Assembly: GCA_964291655.2 (NCBI GenBank)
Contig: OZ219802.1
Location: 1,728,001-1,792,000 of the forward strand
DNA: 64,000 nucleotides
Reading direction: 5' to 3'
Source: Chloroflexota bacterium
GTDB lineage: Bacteria; Chloroflexota; UBA11872; VXOZ01
A program made the position numbers and the translations under genes. This document shows, in pieces, positions 29,124 through 40,527 of this stretch. Position 1 is the stretch's first letter. The number at the start of each line of letters is the position of its first letter. Below the pieces are notes generated by a model. That model saw only the letters and a program-made list of their open reading frames with translations, was not told the DNA's origin and did no database searches.

Positions 29124-29470
29124 AGCATTGCCTCACCTGCGGCTAAACACGCCGCAGTTCCCTGTGTGCTCTTGTCAGCGTTTCTCGTATTTGCAGCCGG
29201 GGTTCAAGCGGCTACACGCAACCCCGCCACAGCATCCCCTCTCGTCCCGTGAGCGCCCGCAATGGCGATTTCGTACGACACGTTCATTCCCCAATTACAG
29301 CAGGACGTATGCAGTGTATACTCTCACTAACGTACCTCACATGCCCTGGGAGAGCGTAAAGCAGGCGACCAAGGCATCCTTGCCGGCTCGGCCCAGCGCT
29401 TCCCTAACGGACCTTATGCCAGCCTGAGGAGCCTCTCGGTGCACGAAACACAATGTGAGCGAGCGTACCG

Positions 29471-30253
29471 TTGCTCATAGACACCCACACGTACATCGGC
29501 CATTGGGGCTTTCGTGCCTTGCCGTGGCGCGATGCGAGCGGCTTGTTGCGCGCCATGGACCGGCACGGCATCGACCAGGCGTGGGTTTCGTCTGCCAGCG
29601 CCATCCTCTACCGCAATTCCCACGCAGCCAACGAGGAACTCCACGCCGAGGTCAGCCAGCATCGAGACCGCCTGGTGCCGTTTGCCGTCATCAACCCGAC
29701 GTATGCCGACTGGGAACACGACCTGGCGGTCTGCCGGGAGGAATTCGGATGCCGGGGCGTGCGGCTCTACCCGCCCTATCACCGCTACACCTTGCGCGAC
29801 CAGTCTTGCCGTGAACTGGTTGAGGCGGCCATTGCCAGCGACCTAATGATCTCCGTGCCCCACTGGGTGGAGGATGATCGCGAGCGGTCGTGGCTGCTGG
29901 CGCAACCCGGCATCGTGCCGGTGGCGGATATGGCAGCGCTGGCTGAAGCGCATCCGAATGGGCGCTTCGTCTTTCACTACGGCTTGGGCTTTACGGGGAC
30001 TCCCCTGGGTCAACGCGGCGCGGTGCAGGCCGCTTACGGGCTGGATATTGCGCGCCTTCCGGTGTTCGTGAAAGAGGAATTGCCCACGCTCCTCGCAACC
30101 ATCGGCCCGGAGCGGTTGGTCTTTGGCAGCGGCATGCCGCTCACGTCGGCGGAGGTGCCGCTTTATAAGCTGGAGGTCCTCGACGTTGCGGCGGAGGTCC
30201 TGGAACAAATCCGCTGGCAGAACGCGCAGCGCCTGCTAGGGCTGCAGACCTAA
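29471..30253 (+). CDS. Amidohydrolase family protein
   Basis: IDTHTY, GVRLYPPYH, GPERLVFGSGMP. Confidence 0.85.
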   Translation: MLIDTHTYIGHWGFRALPWRDASGLLRAMDRHGIDQAWVSSASAILYRNSHAANEELHAEVSQHRDRLVPFAVINPTYADWEHDLAVCREEFGCRGVRLYPPYHRYTLRDQSCRELVEAAIASDLMISVPHWVEDDRERSWLLAQPGIVPVADMAALAEAHPNGRFVFHYGLGFTGTPLGQRGAVQAAYGLDIARLPVFVKEELPTLLATIGPERLVFGSGMPLTSAEVPLYKLEVLDVAAEVLEQIRWQNAQRLLGLQT

Positions 30254-30598
30254 CGCTGGGTACCGGCAATTGCTGGTGGACTATGCCTGGAGGAGACCTC
30301 TGCGAATCAATTGCAGGCACCTTTTAATTGGGTTCTTACCGTGTGGATTTTCCCCTCACCCCGGCCCTCTCCCCGAGGAGAGGGAGTAATTCCCGCGCCT
30401 ACGGTTGAAGTTTGGCAGAGTTCTTCCGAGGAGAGGGAGAAACACCTGAACCTCCGGCTGAAGTCTCGCAGAATTCTTGCGGAGAGAGGGAGTAATTCTT
30501 GCGCCTCGGGCTAAATTTATGCAAAGTTCTTTTCGAAGTGGGAACCTCTTACTTTGCCGGACCTAGCGGCGCGGATGACTCCTAGTAGGTCTACATAG

Positions 30599-31996
30599 AT
30601 GGAACCTCTTGAAGCGCTCGTATCCTTCGTCGCTGATCTGCGCTATGAAGACCTGCCGCCGAACGCGGTCGCAGCCGTCAAAGTGCAAATTGCCGATGCG
30701 CTGGCGTGCGCCCTGGCCGGGTCGGCAGCGCCTTTGACCCCGGAGATCGTTGCGCGCCACGCCCGCTGGGGCGGCGCGCCGGAAGCGACGGTCCTTGTCT
30801 ATGGGCATCGCCTGCCGGCACCCACGGCGGCATGGCTCAATGCGGCCATGGTCCACGCCCACGACTTCGACGATTCGCATCGCGCCTCCAATCAACACGT
30901 TTTCGTGACGCTCCTGCCCGCGGCGCTGGCCGCTGCCGAGAGTCTGGGCACACCGATCGCGGGGCGGGACCTCATCACCGCTCTCGCCGGTGCGGCGGAA
31001 TTTCAGATTCGCCTGGGACTCTCCGTTCTGCCCCACATGCACGTGGGCTGGCTGCCGACGGCGGTCTTCGGCGGGCTGGGCTCGGCGGCGGTGAGTGGCA
31101 AACTGCTCGGTTTGCCAACCGAGGGTATAGCCAACGCCATCGGGCTGGCCTACGCGCAAGCGCAAGGAAACCGCCAGGGGCTCTTGGAAGGAAATGTCGC
31201 CAAGCGCCTGACACCGGCATTCAGTGCACGGGCGGGGGTGCATGCGGCGGTGCTGGCCGAAGTCGGCGTCACCGGCCCTCATGCGCTCGCGAAGGGCGCA
31301 TACGGACTCTTTGGACTCTTTGGCGGCGGCAACGGTGACGCAACCGTCCTCACGGCAGGTCTCGGCGCACACTTCGCCGTAGAAGACATCGCCCTGAAGC
31401 CCTATCCGTGCTGCCGCGCGGCGCACCGGCCGATAGACATGGCCCTGGAGGCCAAGGATCAGCTACAACCGTCCGACGTAACAGACATTGCCGCCGTGGA
31501 CGTGTGGCTACATCCGCGCGGGCATGCTCTGATCGGTCAGCCTTTCCAGATACGGCAGAACCCGCAGGTGGACGCGCAGTTCAGCGCGCAGTGGACGGTG
31601 GCTTTTGCGCTGGTGCACGGTGCGCCCGGACTTGCGGACTTCGCGCCGGAGGCGGTGCGCGCAGCCACAGGCGTACACAGGCTGGCGCAGATGATTAAGG
31701 TGCACCGCTTGCCCGACGCTGGACTCGCCACGTTGGAGCGTCTCACGGTGACACTCAAAGACGGACGCCGGGCAGCAATCAGCCATGCCGATGTCAAGGG
31801 CGAGCCCAGCCTCCCGTTGACGCGGTCGGAGCGCCGAGGAAAGTTCCTCGCGTGCGCCGGGTACGCCCACCATCCACTGGACATCAGACAAGCAGAAGCC
31901 GTCTTCACCGGCATTGAACGCCTGGAGGAGAGCAACGACATCCGTCCGCTCATCGCGCAACTCGCAGCTCCTCCCGGTCATGCGGGCTCGCGGTAG
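30599..31996 (+). CDS. MmgE/PrpD family protein
   Basis: AAWLNA..HAHDFDDSH, KPYPCC..AH, AQFS. Confidence 0.92.
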   Translation: MEPLEALVSFVADLRYEDLPPNAVAAVKVQIADALACALAGSAAPLTPEIVARHARWGGAPEATVLVYGHRLPAPTAAWLNAAMVHAHDFDDSHRASNQHVFVTLLPAALAAAESLGTPIAGRDLITALAGAAEFQIRLGLSVLPHMHVGWLPTAVFGGLGSAAVSGKLLGLPTEGIANAIGLAYAQAQGNRQGLLEGNVAKRLTPAFSARAGVHAAVLAEVGVTGPHALAKGAYGLFGLFGGGNGDATVLTAGLGAHFAVEDIALKPYPCCRAAHRPIDMALEAKDQLQPSDVTDIAAVDVWLHPRGHALIGQPFQIRQNPQVDAQFSAQWTVAFALVHGAPGLADFAPEAVRAATGVHRLAQMIKVHRLPDAGLATLERLTVTLKDGRRAAISHADVKGEPSLPLTRSERRGKFLACAGYAHHPLDIRQAEAVFTGIERLEESNDIRPLIAQLAAPPGHAGSR

Positions 31997-32183
31997 GTAA
32001 TGGGATCGGGTTGCGGCCACATTCAATGCGCAGGCGGGTATGATGGTAGCGTGTAGCGCGACTTCGGGTATCGTCTCTCTGTTCGTTCCAACGCAGGGAA
32101 TCAACCGGCGTTGGCAGTGAGACAATTGCATTAACTCGCAAGAGAGGGCGAGCGCGGCCAGTAATCGGACAAAGGAGATTGGA

Positions 32184-32957
32184 ATGAGCGCACTTGAGGG
32201 GCGGCGGGCGTTGGTTACCGGCGCGGGCATTGGGATCGGTCAGGGCATCGCGTTGGAGTTGGCCCGCCAGGGGGCGGCGGTGGCCGTGCACTACTATGCC
32301 GATAGTGTGGCCGGCGGGCAGGAGACCGTGGCGGCTATCAAGGAAAGCGGCGGCGCGGCAGTACCGATTGAGGCCGACCTTACGAACGTGGCAGAGTGCC
32401 GCCGCGCTGTGGACGAGGCCGCGGCGGGCCTGGGCGGTCTCGACGTCTTGGTCAACAACGCCGGCGTTACGGTGGAGCGCCCGTTTCAGGAGACCACCGA
32501 GGCGCACTATGACCTGATGTTCGACCTGAACGTGCGCGGCTACTTCTTCTGCGCCCAGCAGGCGCTGCCCCACATGCTGGCGCGCGGCGGCGGCAGTATT
32601 GTCAACATCTCCTCCGTGCACGGCTATGCGGGCTATCCGTCCCACGTGGCGTACGCCGGCACGAAAGGCGCGGTCAACGCTCTGACCCGCACGCTGGCTA
32701 TCGAGCTTGCGCCGCAGCATGTCAGAGTCAATACGATTGGTCCGGGCCTCATCGAGGTGCCGCGCTACTTCGACAATCCGGCATATACCACCGAGAAAGG
32801 CGCCAGCCAAGTGCCGTGGGGACGCGTGGGGCGACCCGCAGACATTGCGAAAGTAGCAGCCTTCTTGGCCTCTGACGGGGCCGATTTCGTCACCGGCCAG
32901 ATAATCTACGTGGATGGCGGCAGTACGGCGCGCATGTCTCTAGCGCCGGTTGAGTGA
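32184..32957 (+). CDS. Short-chain dehydrogenase/reductase
   Basis: [23 protein letters not shown]. Confidence 0.95.
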   Translation: MSALEGRRALVTGAGIGIGQGIALELARQGAAVAVHYYADSVAGGQETVAAIKESGGAAVPIEADLTNVAECRRAVDEAAAGLGGLDVLVNNAGVTVERPFQETTEAHYDLMFDLNVRGYFFCAQQALPHMLARGGGSIVNISSVHGYAGYPSHVAYAGTKGAVNALTRTLAIELAPQHVRVNTIGPGLIEVPRYFDNPAYTTEKGASQVPWGRVGRPADIAKVAAFLASDGADFVTGQIIYVDGGSTARMSLAPVE

Positions 32958-33151
32958 GGTGGCGTCGCCCCGGCAGGTGAGCGTGGAGACTCGATGGACT
33001 CGCATTACCTTTGGGTAAGAGTGTTGTGATGCTCTTGCGAACTATTTGAATTGGTCCGGATTGGCGCAGAATTCCCCTCACCTCGGCTCTCTCCCCAAGG
33101 AGAGGGAGTCTTTGCACCATGTGGCAGCGAACTTGAAAGGGACCGGCAGCT

Positions 33152-33562
33152 ATGCCCAAGGGCGATAAGAATACAATTGAAGAGCCTTCGCCGCACATAC
33201 ACCAGTACCGCCGCCTCGCTTGGGCGCTGATGCTGCTCTGGACCTTTGGTTGGGGCATTGTGGGGGTGGGCCCGTGGATAGGCATTCCCGACCTGCAGCA
33301 AGACAGCCTGGCCGTACACCTCGTACCGGTCGGCATTGGCATTGTCGGCGGCATCGCAACCCGCCGTCATCCACTGGCGGGCGGCGTGTATTGGCTGATT
33401 GCCGGGTTCTTGCTCTCCTCGCTGCTTGTCGTGCGCATGCAGAGCCTCGCGGACATGATCATCTGGTGCTTCGCCGCTTTCCCCGCCCTGGTCACAGGCG
33501 TTCTTTTCATCGTCAACCTGACGCCGGCTGAGCGTGCCGAGATTCAGAAGCGCAGACGATGA
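33152..33562 (+). CDS. Hypothetical 4-TM membrane protein
   Basis: Four hydrophobic segments. Confidence 0.6.
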   Translation: MPKGDKNTIEEPSPHIHQYRRLAWALMLLWTFGWGIVGVGPWIGIPDLQQDSLAVHLVPVGIGIVGGIATRRHPLAGGVYWLIAGFLLSSLLVVRMQSLADMIIWCFAAFPALVTGVLFIVNLTPAERAEIQKRRR

Positions 33563-33898
33563 ATTGAGTGCAAGAGGTTCCTAAAAAGAGAGATGTGGGA
33601 CTCTCTTACCCGCATTCCAGTGTCCTGGAAAGGAAGCCATGCCTGCGGCTCCTATCCCCGCGGTGAGGTGAATCCGACTGCGTGCCGCCGAGACCTTTGC
33701 ATTCTTTTCAAAAGCGGGGGACAAGCCCCCGCGCTACGTCTGCCTATCTGGCGGTAGCGTAGGTTTGTAACCTGCGCACCCCTGAGCCATAGGCAAGCCG
33801 ATTGTTGGCCGCACTTTGCTGCCCGTTAGGTGGGCCGCGATAATTCCAGATGAAAGTGGCGTACAGGCCCCAAGCTCCACGCATCAGAAGGTCCTCCT

Positions 33899-35713
33899 CT
33901 AGCCAAGCATCGTCCCTTGCATGTCTCCTGAGCCGCCGGTTGTGGTTGGCTCTACCACGCCCAAGCGCTCCAGGCGCTGGCTTGCCGCTGCCATTGCGAC
34001 ATGCACGCACGTTGGGTCGATCGGGATGACTGCGGGATCATCGCGGTGCTGGTACACCCATTGCAGAATGAAGTGGCGAATGGTGTCGGCGGAGGCTGCG
34101 TTATCGGGCAACGAGAGGTAGTGGGCAAAGAACCCGTGCAGCGAATCCACCAGGACCGTTTCCGTCGCCGGCCCAATGGTCTCCTGTCCCAGCATTTGGC
34201 CGTTGCGGACAAAGAAGAGATGTATCTTGCCCGGCGGATCCGCCGGATAGATAAGCAGGATGGTGTGACCGGCGAATCCTCCTGAGAGCGGGCGGTGGTG
34301 TGCGCGCAGCCGGCGCAGAACTTGCAGCGCCGCGTCCGCAGCAGGCGCCTCCCGGGCCTGCCAGTGTGACACCACGGCTGCCGGACCCTCCGACAGAAAC
34401 TGAAACACCATGTTCGCTTGGTCTTGTGCCGAAAGATCGGCTGCGGCAGAAAGCAGACGACGCGCCACGCGCGCACTCCAGCTCGCCGCCGCGCGGTTGC
34501 GGTAGGGCCCAAAGTATGCCGAGTCGTCCGGCCGCAGCCGATTGCTCGTTTGAACTTTGATACCTGCCTTCTGGCTGCGCCACACGCGGACGTATGGCTG
34601 CACGGGGCGATACTGCTGCTGCACGTTGTAGACCGGCTGCAATTCCTGGATGATCTGCGCTTCGCGGAGCAGCGCCTCGAACTCGGAGCCGGTGACCTCG
34701 ACGTCTATGCGGTCAAGCCGCTCGATCATGCCGTCGAAGAGTCGGTCGGGGTTCGCGAGGTGGCTGCGCACCCGCCGTTGCAGCGACTTTGACTTGCCCA
34801 CGTAAAGCACGGCACCTTCGCTATCCCGAAAGATGTAGATGCCGGGAAGCGCGGGCAGCAGCCGGATTTGCGCCTGCAGTGCGGAACGGTGAGCGGGCAG
34901 GCGGTGCCCCTGGCCGCTATCCAGCCATTCCAAGAACGCCCGCATACTCGTATTGTGTTCGGGAGGAACCTGGTCGATTAACCGTGCAAAACACTGGGCG
35001 GTCACACGGGCATCGATGAGCGCGCGGTGCTTGGGCGCATCATTCAGGCCGAAGTGCCGCGCCATACGTTCCAGGCTCGGCCGCTTAAGCTCCGGGAGGA
35101 GTCGTGCGCCCATGAGCACCGTATCGATCGTCAGATTGGCAAGTGGCCGACGCTTCGTCCAAAGCGCCTCGTTACGCAGAAAGCTGAGGTCGGAGGCGAT
35201 ATTGTGACCCACAACCGGTACATGGTCGATGAAGGCGTACAGTTCATCGAGCACCGGGCCCGCCGTAGGCGCGTCGCAGAGCATGTCATCGCTAATGCCG
35301 GTGAGTTGCCAGATGCGCTTGCTTACGCGCTGCCCGGGGTTTACCAGCGAGTTAAAACGAGCAATCTCCTCCCCATTGCACACGCGCACTGCGCCAAGCT
35401 CGATGATGCGATGGCGGCCCGCAATGCCGCCGGTAGTCTCGACGTCGAGCACTACGAAAACCTGCGACGTGAGTAGCTCTTCAGTGTCTTGCTGCCAGTG
35501 CGCCAACCCCCAGTTACCCGCAGAGTTTTGTACAAAGCGACCATCGGCGCTGAGCTTCTCTTCGATAAGGCGCAGCAAAGCGGAAGGCAACTCGCCGTTC
35601 AATTGCATAGCGGCTCGCGCGAGCGGCGCAATGTCCATCTCGCTCGCGCCTTCATCCAAAATTCGAAAGGCGCGTTCAACAAGAACCTGTCGTTCAAATG
35701 CTGGGAGTGCCAT
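33899..35713 (-). CDS. DEDDh 3'-5' exonuclease (DnaQ-like) fused to a UvrC-like GIY-YIG nuclease
   Basis: VLDVETTG, GHN..SD, HRALIDA; PGIYIF...YVGKS..L..RVRSH, EALLRE, P.YN. Confidence 0.9.
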   Translation of the reverse strand: MALPAFERQVLVERAFRILDEGASEMDIAPLARAAMQLNGELPSALLRLIEEKLSADGRFVQNSAGNWGLAHWQQDTEELLTSQVFVVLDVETTGGIAGRHRIIELGAVRVCNGEEIARFNSLVNPGQRVSKRIWQLTGISDDMLCDAPTAGPVLDELYAFIDHVPVVGHNIASDLSFLRNEALWTKRRPLANLTIDTVLMGARLLPELKRPSLERMARHFGLNDAPKHRALIDARVTAQCFARLIDQVPPEHNTSMRAFLEWLDSGQGHRLPAHRSALQAQIRLLPALPGIYIFRDSEGAVLYVGKSKSLQRRVRSHLANPDRLFDGMIERLDRIDVEVTGSEFEALLREAQIIQELQPVYNVQQQYRPVQPYVRVWRSQKAGIKVQTSNRLRPDDSAYFGPYRNRAAASWSARVARRLLSAAADLSAQDQANMVFQFLSEGPAAVVSHWQAREAPAADAALQVLRRLRAHHRPLSGGFAGHTILLIYPADPPGKIHLFFVRNGQMLGQETIGPATETVLVDSLHGFFAHYLSLPDNAASADTIRHFILQWVYQHRDDPAVIPIDPTCVHVAMAAASQRLERLGVVEPTTTGGSGDMQGTMLG

Positions 35714-35951
35714 TACGATAGGGCCTAGATTGTAGAGTGGTTAGGTTGTGTTGAGTTACCAAGAATCAGATCGGCATTGCACCAAAACAGGCAGCAACCC
35801 CGCCTGTCAGTGCCATGAAAACAGAACTTAATCCTCCGTCAATCCGGCGCAAGCTCGCCCCCGCACGGGGGCGCGGATTCCATCTTCGCCGCGCACACCC
35901 TGGATTCCGGCTTTCGCCGGAATGACGGTCAAGAAGGTGGCTGCTTCATGT

Positions 35952-37037
35952 TCAAACTGTTAGCGCGACACCCGTTTGTGTGGCAAGTTGCTGGAGGTCG
36001 GCAAGCACGGCGAGGTCAAGCGGGATGCCGTTTGCTTCCCGATCTTGCCTGCACTCTTGTTCAATTTCACCCGGCAGGGTGACGCGGTCGAATCCCGGCG
36101 CCAGCGGCAGCTCCCGCATCTCCGTAATGAGCGCTTGCATCCGCTCCTCGAACGATTGAGCATCCACGAATGCTGCGATTTCGATTGCGATGAAGAGGTG
36201 GGCAACATCGGCGGGCCGGGACATGTCGCTAAAGAACCCCGCGGCATGCACGCCCAGGGTCGCGCCGGTAAGGAGAGACGTGAATATCTCGACCATCAAC
36301 GCAAGTCCGGAACCTTTGTAGTCTGCCAGCGGACGCGCACCGCCCTGCCTGGCGCGCGTAGGGTCGGTGGTGGGCAGGCCGTCGGGTCCGACCGCCCATG
36401 AATCCGGAATGGATTGACCGCGCTTTTCCGCGAGGACCACGTGTCCCATGGCCACAACGCTCGTTGCCATGTCCAAGATGAGCGGTGGGCCCTGGGTCGG
36501 CGCGCCAAAGCAGATGGGGTTAGTGCCCAGGAATTTCTTCGCCGCTCCCCAGGGCACCATGGCCGGGCTTGAGTTGGTCGTCACGATACCTAGGCAACCG
36601 GCAGCCGCCATTTGCAGCGCATAGTCGGCTGCCATGCCGAAGTGGTTGCTATTGTGAACTCCTACGCTGCCAATGCCCTGCTCTTGGGCGAGTTGGATCG
36701 CCAATTGCGTGGCATACGTGCTGACCGGCACGCCCAGCCCGTTGTCGCCATTGACCAACGCGGAGGCGGCGCGTTGCCGATCGACGTGGATGTTGGGACT
36801 GGCGTTGACGACGCCGTTGCGTATGCGCTGCGCCAGCGCCGAAAGGCGCGTAATACCGTGACTCTCAACGCCGCGCAGATCGCAGAGCACGAGGTGCCGC
36901 GCCGACTGCTCCGCATGCTGTGGCGGGATGCCTTCATGCACAAGCACGTCCCGCGCAAACTGCTCAAGACGTAGTGCTGGAATACGCTGCGCGGCGGTGG
37001 TTGGCGATGCGTCCGCGCCTTTGCGAGGCGCGCTCAC
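35952..37037 (-). CDS. Ldh_2 (malate/L-sulfolactate/ureidoglycolate dehydrogenase) family
   Basis: RGVESHG, NSNHFG, GTNPI, LDMATS, YKGSGL, LPGE. Confidence 0.92.
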   Translation of the reverse strand: MSAPRKGADASPTTAAQRIPALRLEQFARDVLVHEGIPPQHAEQSARHLVLCDLRGVESHGITRLSALAQRIRNGVVNASPNIHVDRQRAASALVNGDNGLGVPVSTYATQLAIQLAQEQGIGSVGVHNSNHFGMAADYALQMAAAGCLGIVTTNSSPAMVPWGAAKKFLGTNPICFGAPTQGPPLILDMATSVVAMGHVVLAEKRGQSIPDSWAVGPDGLPTTDPTRARQGGARPLADYKGSGLALMVEIFTSLLTGATLGVHAAGFFSDMSRPADVAHLFIAIEIAAFVDAQSFEERMQALITEMRELPLAPGFDRVTLPGEIEQECRQDREANGIPLDLAVLADLQQLATQTGVALTV

Positions 37038-37924
37038 GCCTTCCCGACCTCCACGTGTGCCAGGTCTTCCAGGGGCTTGACCACGGCCGTTTGATCTTCG
37101 TCGGCCAGACCTTGCGCGATTGCCTCTTCGTAGACGAGTTGCGTGAGGTTGCTAATGAGCAGCCTTACACTCGCCTGCTGGCCGAGTTGCGTGGCCAGCC
37201 GCAGGTCCTTTACGAGGAGCTTGATGGCGAATGCCGGGTCAAAGTTACGCTTCAGGATAAAGTCCGGCATCGCGCGGTGCAGCATGCGGCTGTCGCCCAT
37301 CGCGGTTCCCAGCACTTGGTAGGATGTTGCAGGATCTACGCCGTTCTTGGCGCCGAGCACCATTGCTTCAACAATGCCGGCCAGGTTTATGCCAACGAGT
37401 AGTTGGTTTTGCAGCTTTACCACAGAGCCGGCGCCCAGCGGACCGACGTGGAAGATGCTCTCACCCATAGCCTGAAAGAGCGGCTCGGCTCTGGCAAAGG
37501 CTTCCGCCTCGCCTCCCGCCATGATAGCCAGCGTACCGGCCTCGGCTCCCATCGGGCCGCCGCTTATCGGCGCATCGATGAATTGAATCTGCTTCTCCGC
37601 AAGCGCGGCGCCAACGCGTTGGGCGGTGGCGGGGTCTATGGTGCTATGGTCCACGAACACCTGTCCGGCACGCGATCCGTGAATAGCGCCTGCCTCTCCC
37701 AGGAAGACCTCTTCCACGTCTTCCGGCATCGAAACGCAGGTGAGCACGAAGTCGGCTTGCTCTGCGCCTTCCCGTGGGCTTTCTACCAGCGTGCCGCCGG
37801 ACGTGACAAACGCCTCCGCCTTGCTGCGTGTGCGGTTGTAGGCATAGACATCATGACCGGCCTTGCGCAGATTGACCGCCATGTGCATGCCCATCGTGCC
37901 GAGACCGATAAAGGCTACCTTCAT
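37034..37924 (-). CDS. 3-hydroxyisobutyrate/tartronate semialdehyde reductase family
   Basis: FIGLGTMG, YNRT, DAPISGG, KL.NQ, KDL. Confidence 0.93.
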   Translation of the reverse strand: MKVAFIGLGTMGMHMAVNLRKAGHDVYAYNRTRSKAEAFVTSGGTLVESPREGAEQADFVLTCVSMPEDVEEVFLGEAGAIHGSRAGQVFVDHSTIDPATAQRVGAALAEKQIQFIDAPISGGPMGAEAGTLAIMAGGEAEAFARAEPLFQAMGESIFHVGPLGAGSVVKLQNQLLVGINLAGIVEAMVLGAKNGVDPATSYQVLGTAMGDSRMLHRAMPDFILKRNFDPAFAIKLLVKDLRLATQLGQQASVRLLISNLTQLVYEEAIAQGLADEDQTAVVKPLEDLAHVEVGKA

Positions 37925-37949
37925 TTCACGTGAACCCCTCTTATGTTGT

Positions 37950-38510
37950 CTAATTTGGAGAATGCGTTGCCTTGGCGCTGCTTGCTTCCCGAATCTTGCG
38001 AATTCCGCTATACATGTACTCCCCTCCGGAGTAAACGGTGAGAGCCAAGGCAAGCCAGAGGAGAATGTCGCTCACGATGCCTTGCCAGACGAGCAACACG
38101 AGCAACGCGATGAACGTGACACCGGTCTTCAGTTTGCCGACGCGTCCCGCCGGAATGGAAGCGCCTTTCTCGGCAGCTTGTGCGCGGAGGCCGGTCACGG
38201 CCATCTCCCGGCTGACAACTACCGCCGCCCACCAGCCGGGCAAGAGCTCTACCTGCACGAGGGAAATCAAGACGACGACAACGAGGACTTTGTCCGCCAC
38301 GAGATCGAGTGATGCCCCTACTGACGTGACGGTAGCGCTGCGGCGGGCCACAAATCCGTCCAGCCAATCCGTCGCCGCTCCTATCGCAAGCAATGCTGCC
38401 GCCAGCCAATACCATCGCGGCGTACCCTCGCCCCAAATGACGAGAAACATGATGAGCGGCGCAAGCGCGATGCGTAACAGCGTCAACTGCGTAGCGTAGC
38501 CAACGGGCAT
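37950..38510 (-). CDS. pgsA: CDP-diacylglycerol--glycerol-3-phosphate phosphatidyltransferase
   Basis: TDWLDGFVAR...G..LD..ADK, GKLKT. Confidence 0.9.
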   Translation of the reverse strand: MPVGYATQLTLLRIALAPLIMFLVIWGEGTPRWYWLAAALLAIGAATDWLDGFVARRSATVTSVGASLDLVADKVLVVVVLISLVQVELLPGWWAAVVVSREMAVTGLRAQAAEKGASIPAGRVGKLKTGVTFIALLVLLVWQGIVSDILLWLALALTVYSGGEYMYSGIRKIREASSAKATHSPN

Positions 38511-38947
38511 GAACTCTTCCTCTAACAGGTCGTCGTCCTGCCGCCTGCCATGCGGCGTTATCCTGGCTATTCACGATACCGCTATCGAGGCGGCGCGGCA
38601 ACTCTGGGCAGGTTCCCGCAGACATTTGTGCGGGACGAATGTAGCCTATGCTCTTGCGGCGGGCCTCACGCCAACTCTGTCATTGCCCTGCCATTGTGCC
38701 ACACGATCCCGTCACAACGGCACTCCAGCCGGCTCTCCCTACACGCTATCTTGGATCTTCGATGAATAACCGAATCCGGAAGAAAACGGCTGGCGTCTCC
38801 GGAAAATCACACAAGTTTCACGCGGGGACGTGAGAGGGGTCGGCAGCCGAAGACTAATCTCCGCGTGGGTTAGGCGGCCGGGCACAACAAACCCAACGCA
38901 GTTCCACCACCGGCGGTAACGCGCACAGGGCTTTCGCCCCCATGCCA

Positions 38948-39784
38948 CTATTCCGGAGCGGGAACCGGCGTACCGTTCACGGCGATCACTAATTCTCCGT
39001 CATCTGATCTGACCGCCTCGAAGACCACTGCGTTCTGGCTTTCAAGCAAGGGGCCGACTTCACTGCCATTGACGGTAATCTCGACCCCTCCGGTGCGTCC
39101 AAACTCGATAGAGATGCTCTCCGTTGCAGACCACGTCAGCGGCTCCGTACCTTGGTCGGTCTCCGGACCGATCGTGTTAACGTAGATGATTTCACCATCT
39201 GCCGTAACCCTGAGCCAAGCCTGCTGGGTTGTGGACCGCAGGGTTACGTTCACACCAGTAATTGGGATGGGTGTCGGAGTAGGTGGCAGCTCTGGTGTAG
39301 GAATAGGGGAAGGGGTGCGGAGTGGCGGTACGCGGACCAGCGGTGTCGGTTCGGTCGTCGGTGTAGGTTCGCTCTCTACGACTGTTGGCGCGGGGCCCGC
39401 CGACAAGTACTCCTCGTAGACAAAGTTAAGAATCACACCGAGAGCGATCATGGACGCGAAAGCCAACACGATCTTCAAGCTAAACAGAGAAGAACGTCGA
39501 GTCGGCTCCTCCTGCGACTCCTCCACAGAAGTCTCTGTACTATCGCGATCTTGGCGATCGAATTCTTCAGCAATGTCTTCCGCAATTAGTCCCAGGTAAC
39601 GGGCGTAATTGACCAGAAACCCACGGGTGTAAACCGATGCAGGAAGTGAATCGAAATCGTCTGACTCTAACGCCTGCAATGCGGATCGGCGGATGCGCGT
39701 GGCTGCAGCAGCCTCCTCTAACGAGACACCCTTCGCCAACCGCGCCGCGCGTAGCGTCTCTCCAATTCGCTGGCGCTCTTGCAT
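38948..39784 (-). CDS. rodZ: RodZ (HTH - TM - DUF4115)
   Basis: IGETLRAAR, YTRGFLVNYARYLGL, TM helix, WLRVTADG; adjacent to pgsA. Confidence 0.88.
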   Translation of the reverse strand: MQERQRIGETLRAARLAKGVSLEEAAAATRIRRSALQALESDDFDSLPASVYTRGFLVNYARYLGLIAEDIAEEFDRQDRDSTETSVEESQEEPTRRSSLFSLKIVLAFASMIALGVILNFVYEEYLSAGPAPTVVESEPTPTTEPTPLVRVPPLRTPSPIPTPELPPTPTPIPITGVNVTLRSTTQQAWLRVTADGEIIYVNTIGPETDQGTEPLTWSATESISIEFGRTGGVEITVNGSEVGPLLESQNAVVFEAVRSDDGELVIAVNGTPVPAPE

Positions 39785-40527
39785 TAAATAACTCCACGGC
39801 AGACCGGGAGCGCTCCCCTATCCCCAATAGTCAGCCGCGCTACCTTGCCTATCTTGGTGGCCTATTCAAAATGTCGCCGCACGGGATCGAGCTTATCCTT
39901 CATTGTACGAGAGTTACGGCCTACTGTGTACTTGACGAATGACCTTGTGCTCCGCATGAAACACGTATGGGGAACCGCAACCTGCATCAGTACTCCGTTG
40001 TACCGCGCCGACGCTGTTATATCTCTCCTGCGAATCGCCGCCCATCATCAGGCAGCGCGTTGATAGCGTTGAAATAACCTTGCACTGCAACTAGCCCAAA
40101 GCAATATAATCCTCATGGAACCGGAAATGATCGGATACTGAGCGGAACGTGATTTACCCTGCTCCGCGAACGCCCTGACGTACCAGGTTGTGCGGAACCG
40201 CTCTCGCTTCGTATTGCCACTCACAGGATAACAGACTTGGGTATCAGTTGCGATGGCATTTACCTCCGCCCGCAATTCAGACGTCACAGATCCTAGGCAG
40301 TGTGTCGGAACAGCGAGAGGGCTGGATGGCCGCGCACGTCGTGTCGTTGCAAGCATCTGCAAAGAGTGTGTGCCCAGCCCTGTGGACCGAAACTCGTAGT
40401 ATTATGAAGTTGAGCCGCCACCGCGATGGCTATATCTTGAGATTGCTGCAGGGGACGAACAATCGCTAATGCAACTTTGCTCACAGGGCTTGTGAAGACT
40501 CTTCGGTGAAAGGAGCGTAGCGCAGCT

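Noticed and set aside
38520-40520. Structured ncRNA (tmRNA, RNase P, SRP, 6S) in the long gaps around rodZ
   Set aside because: No recognisable consensus motifs by eye; the short ORFs there lack protein-like features
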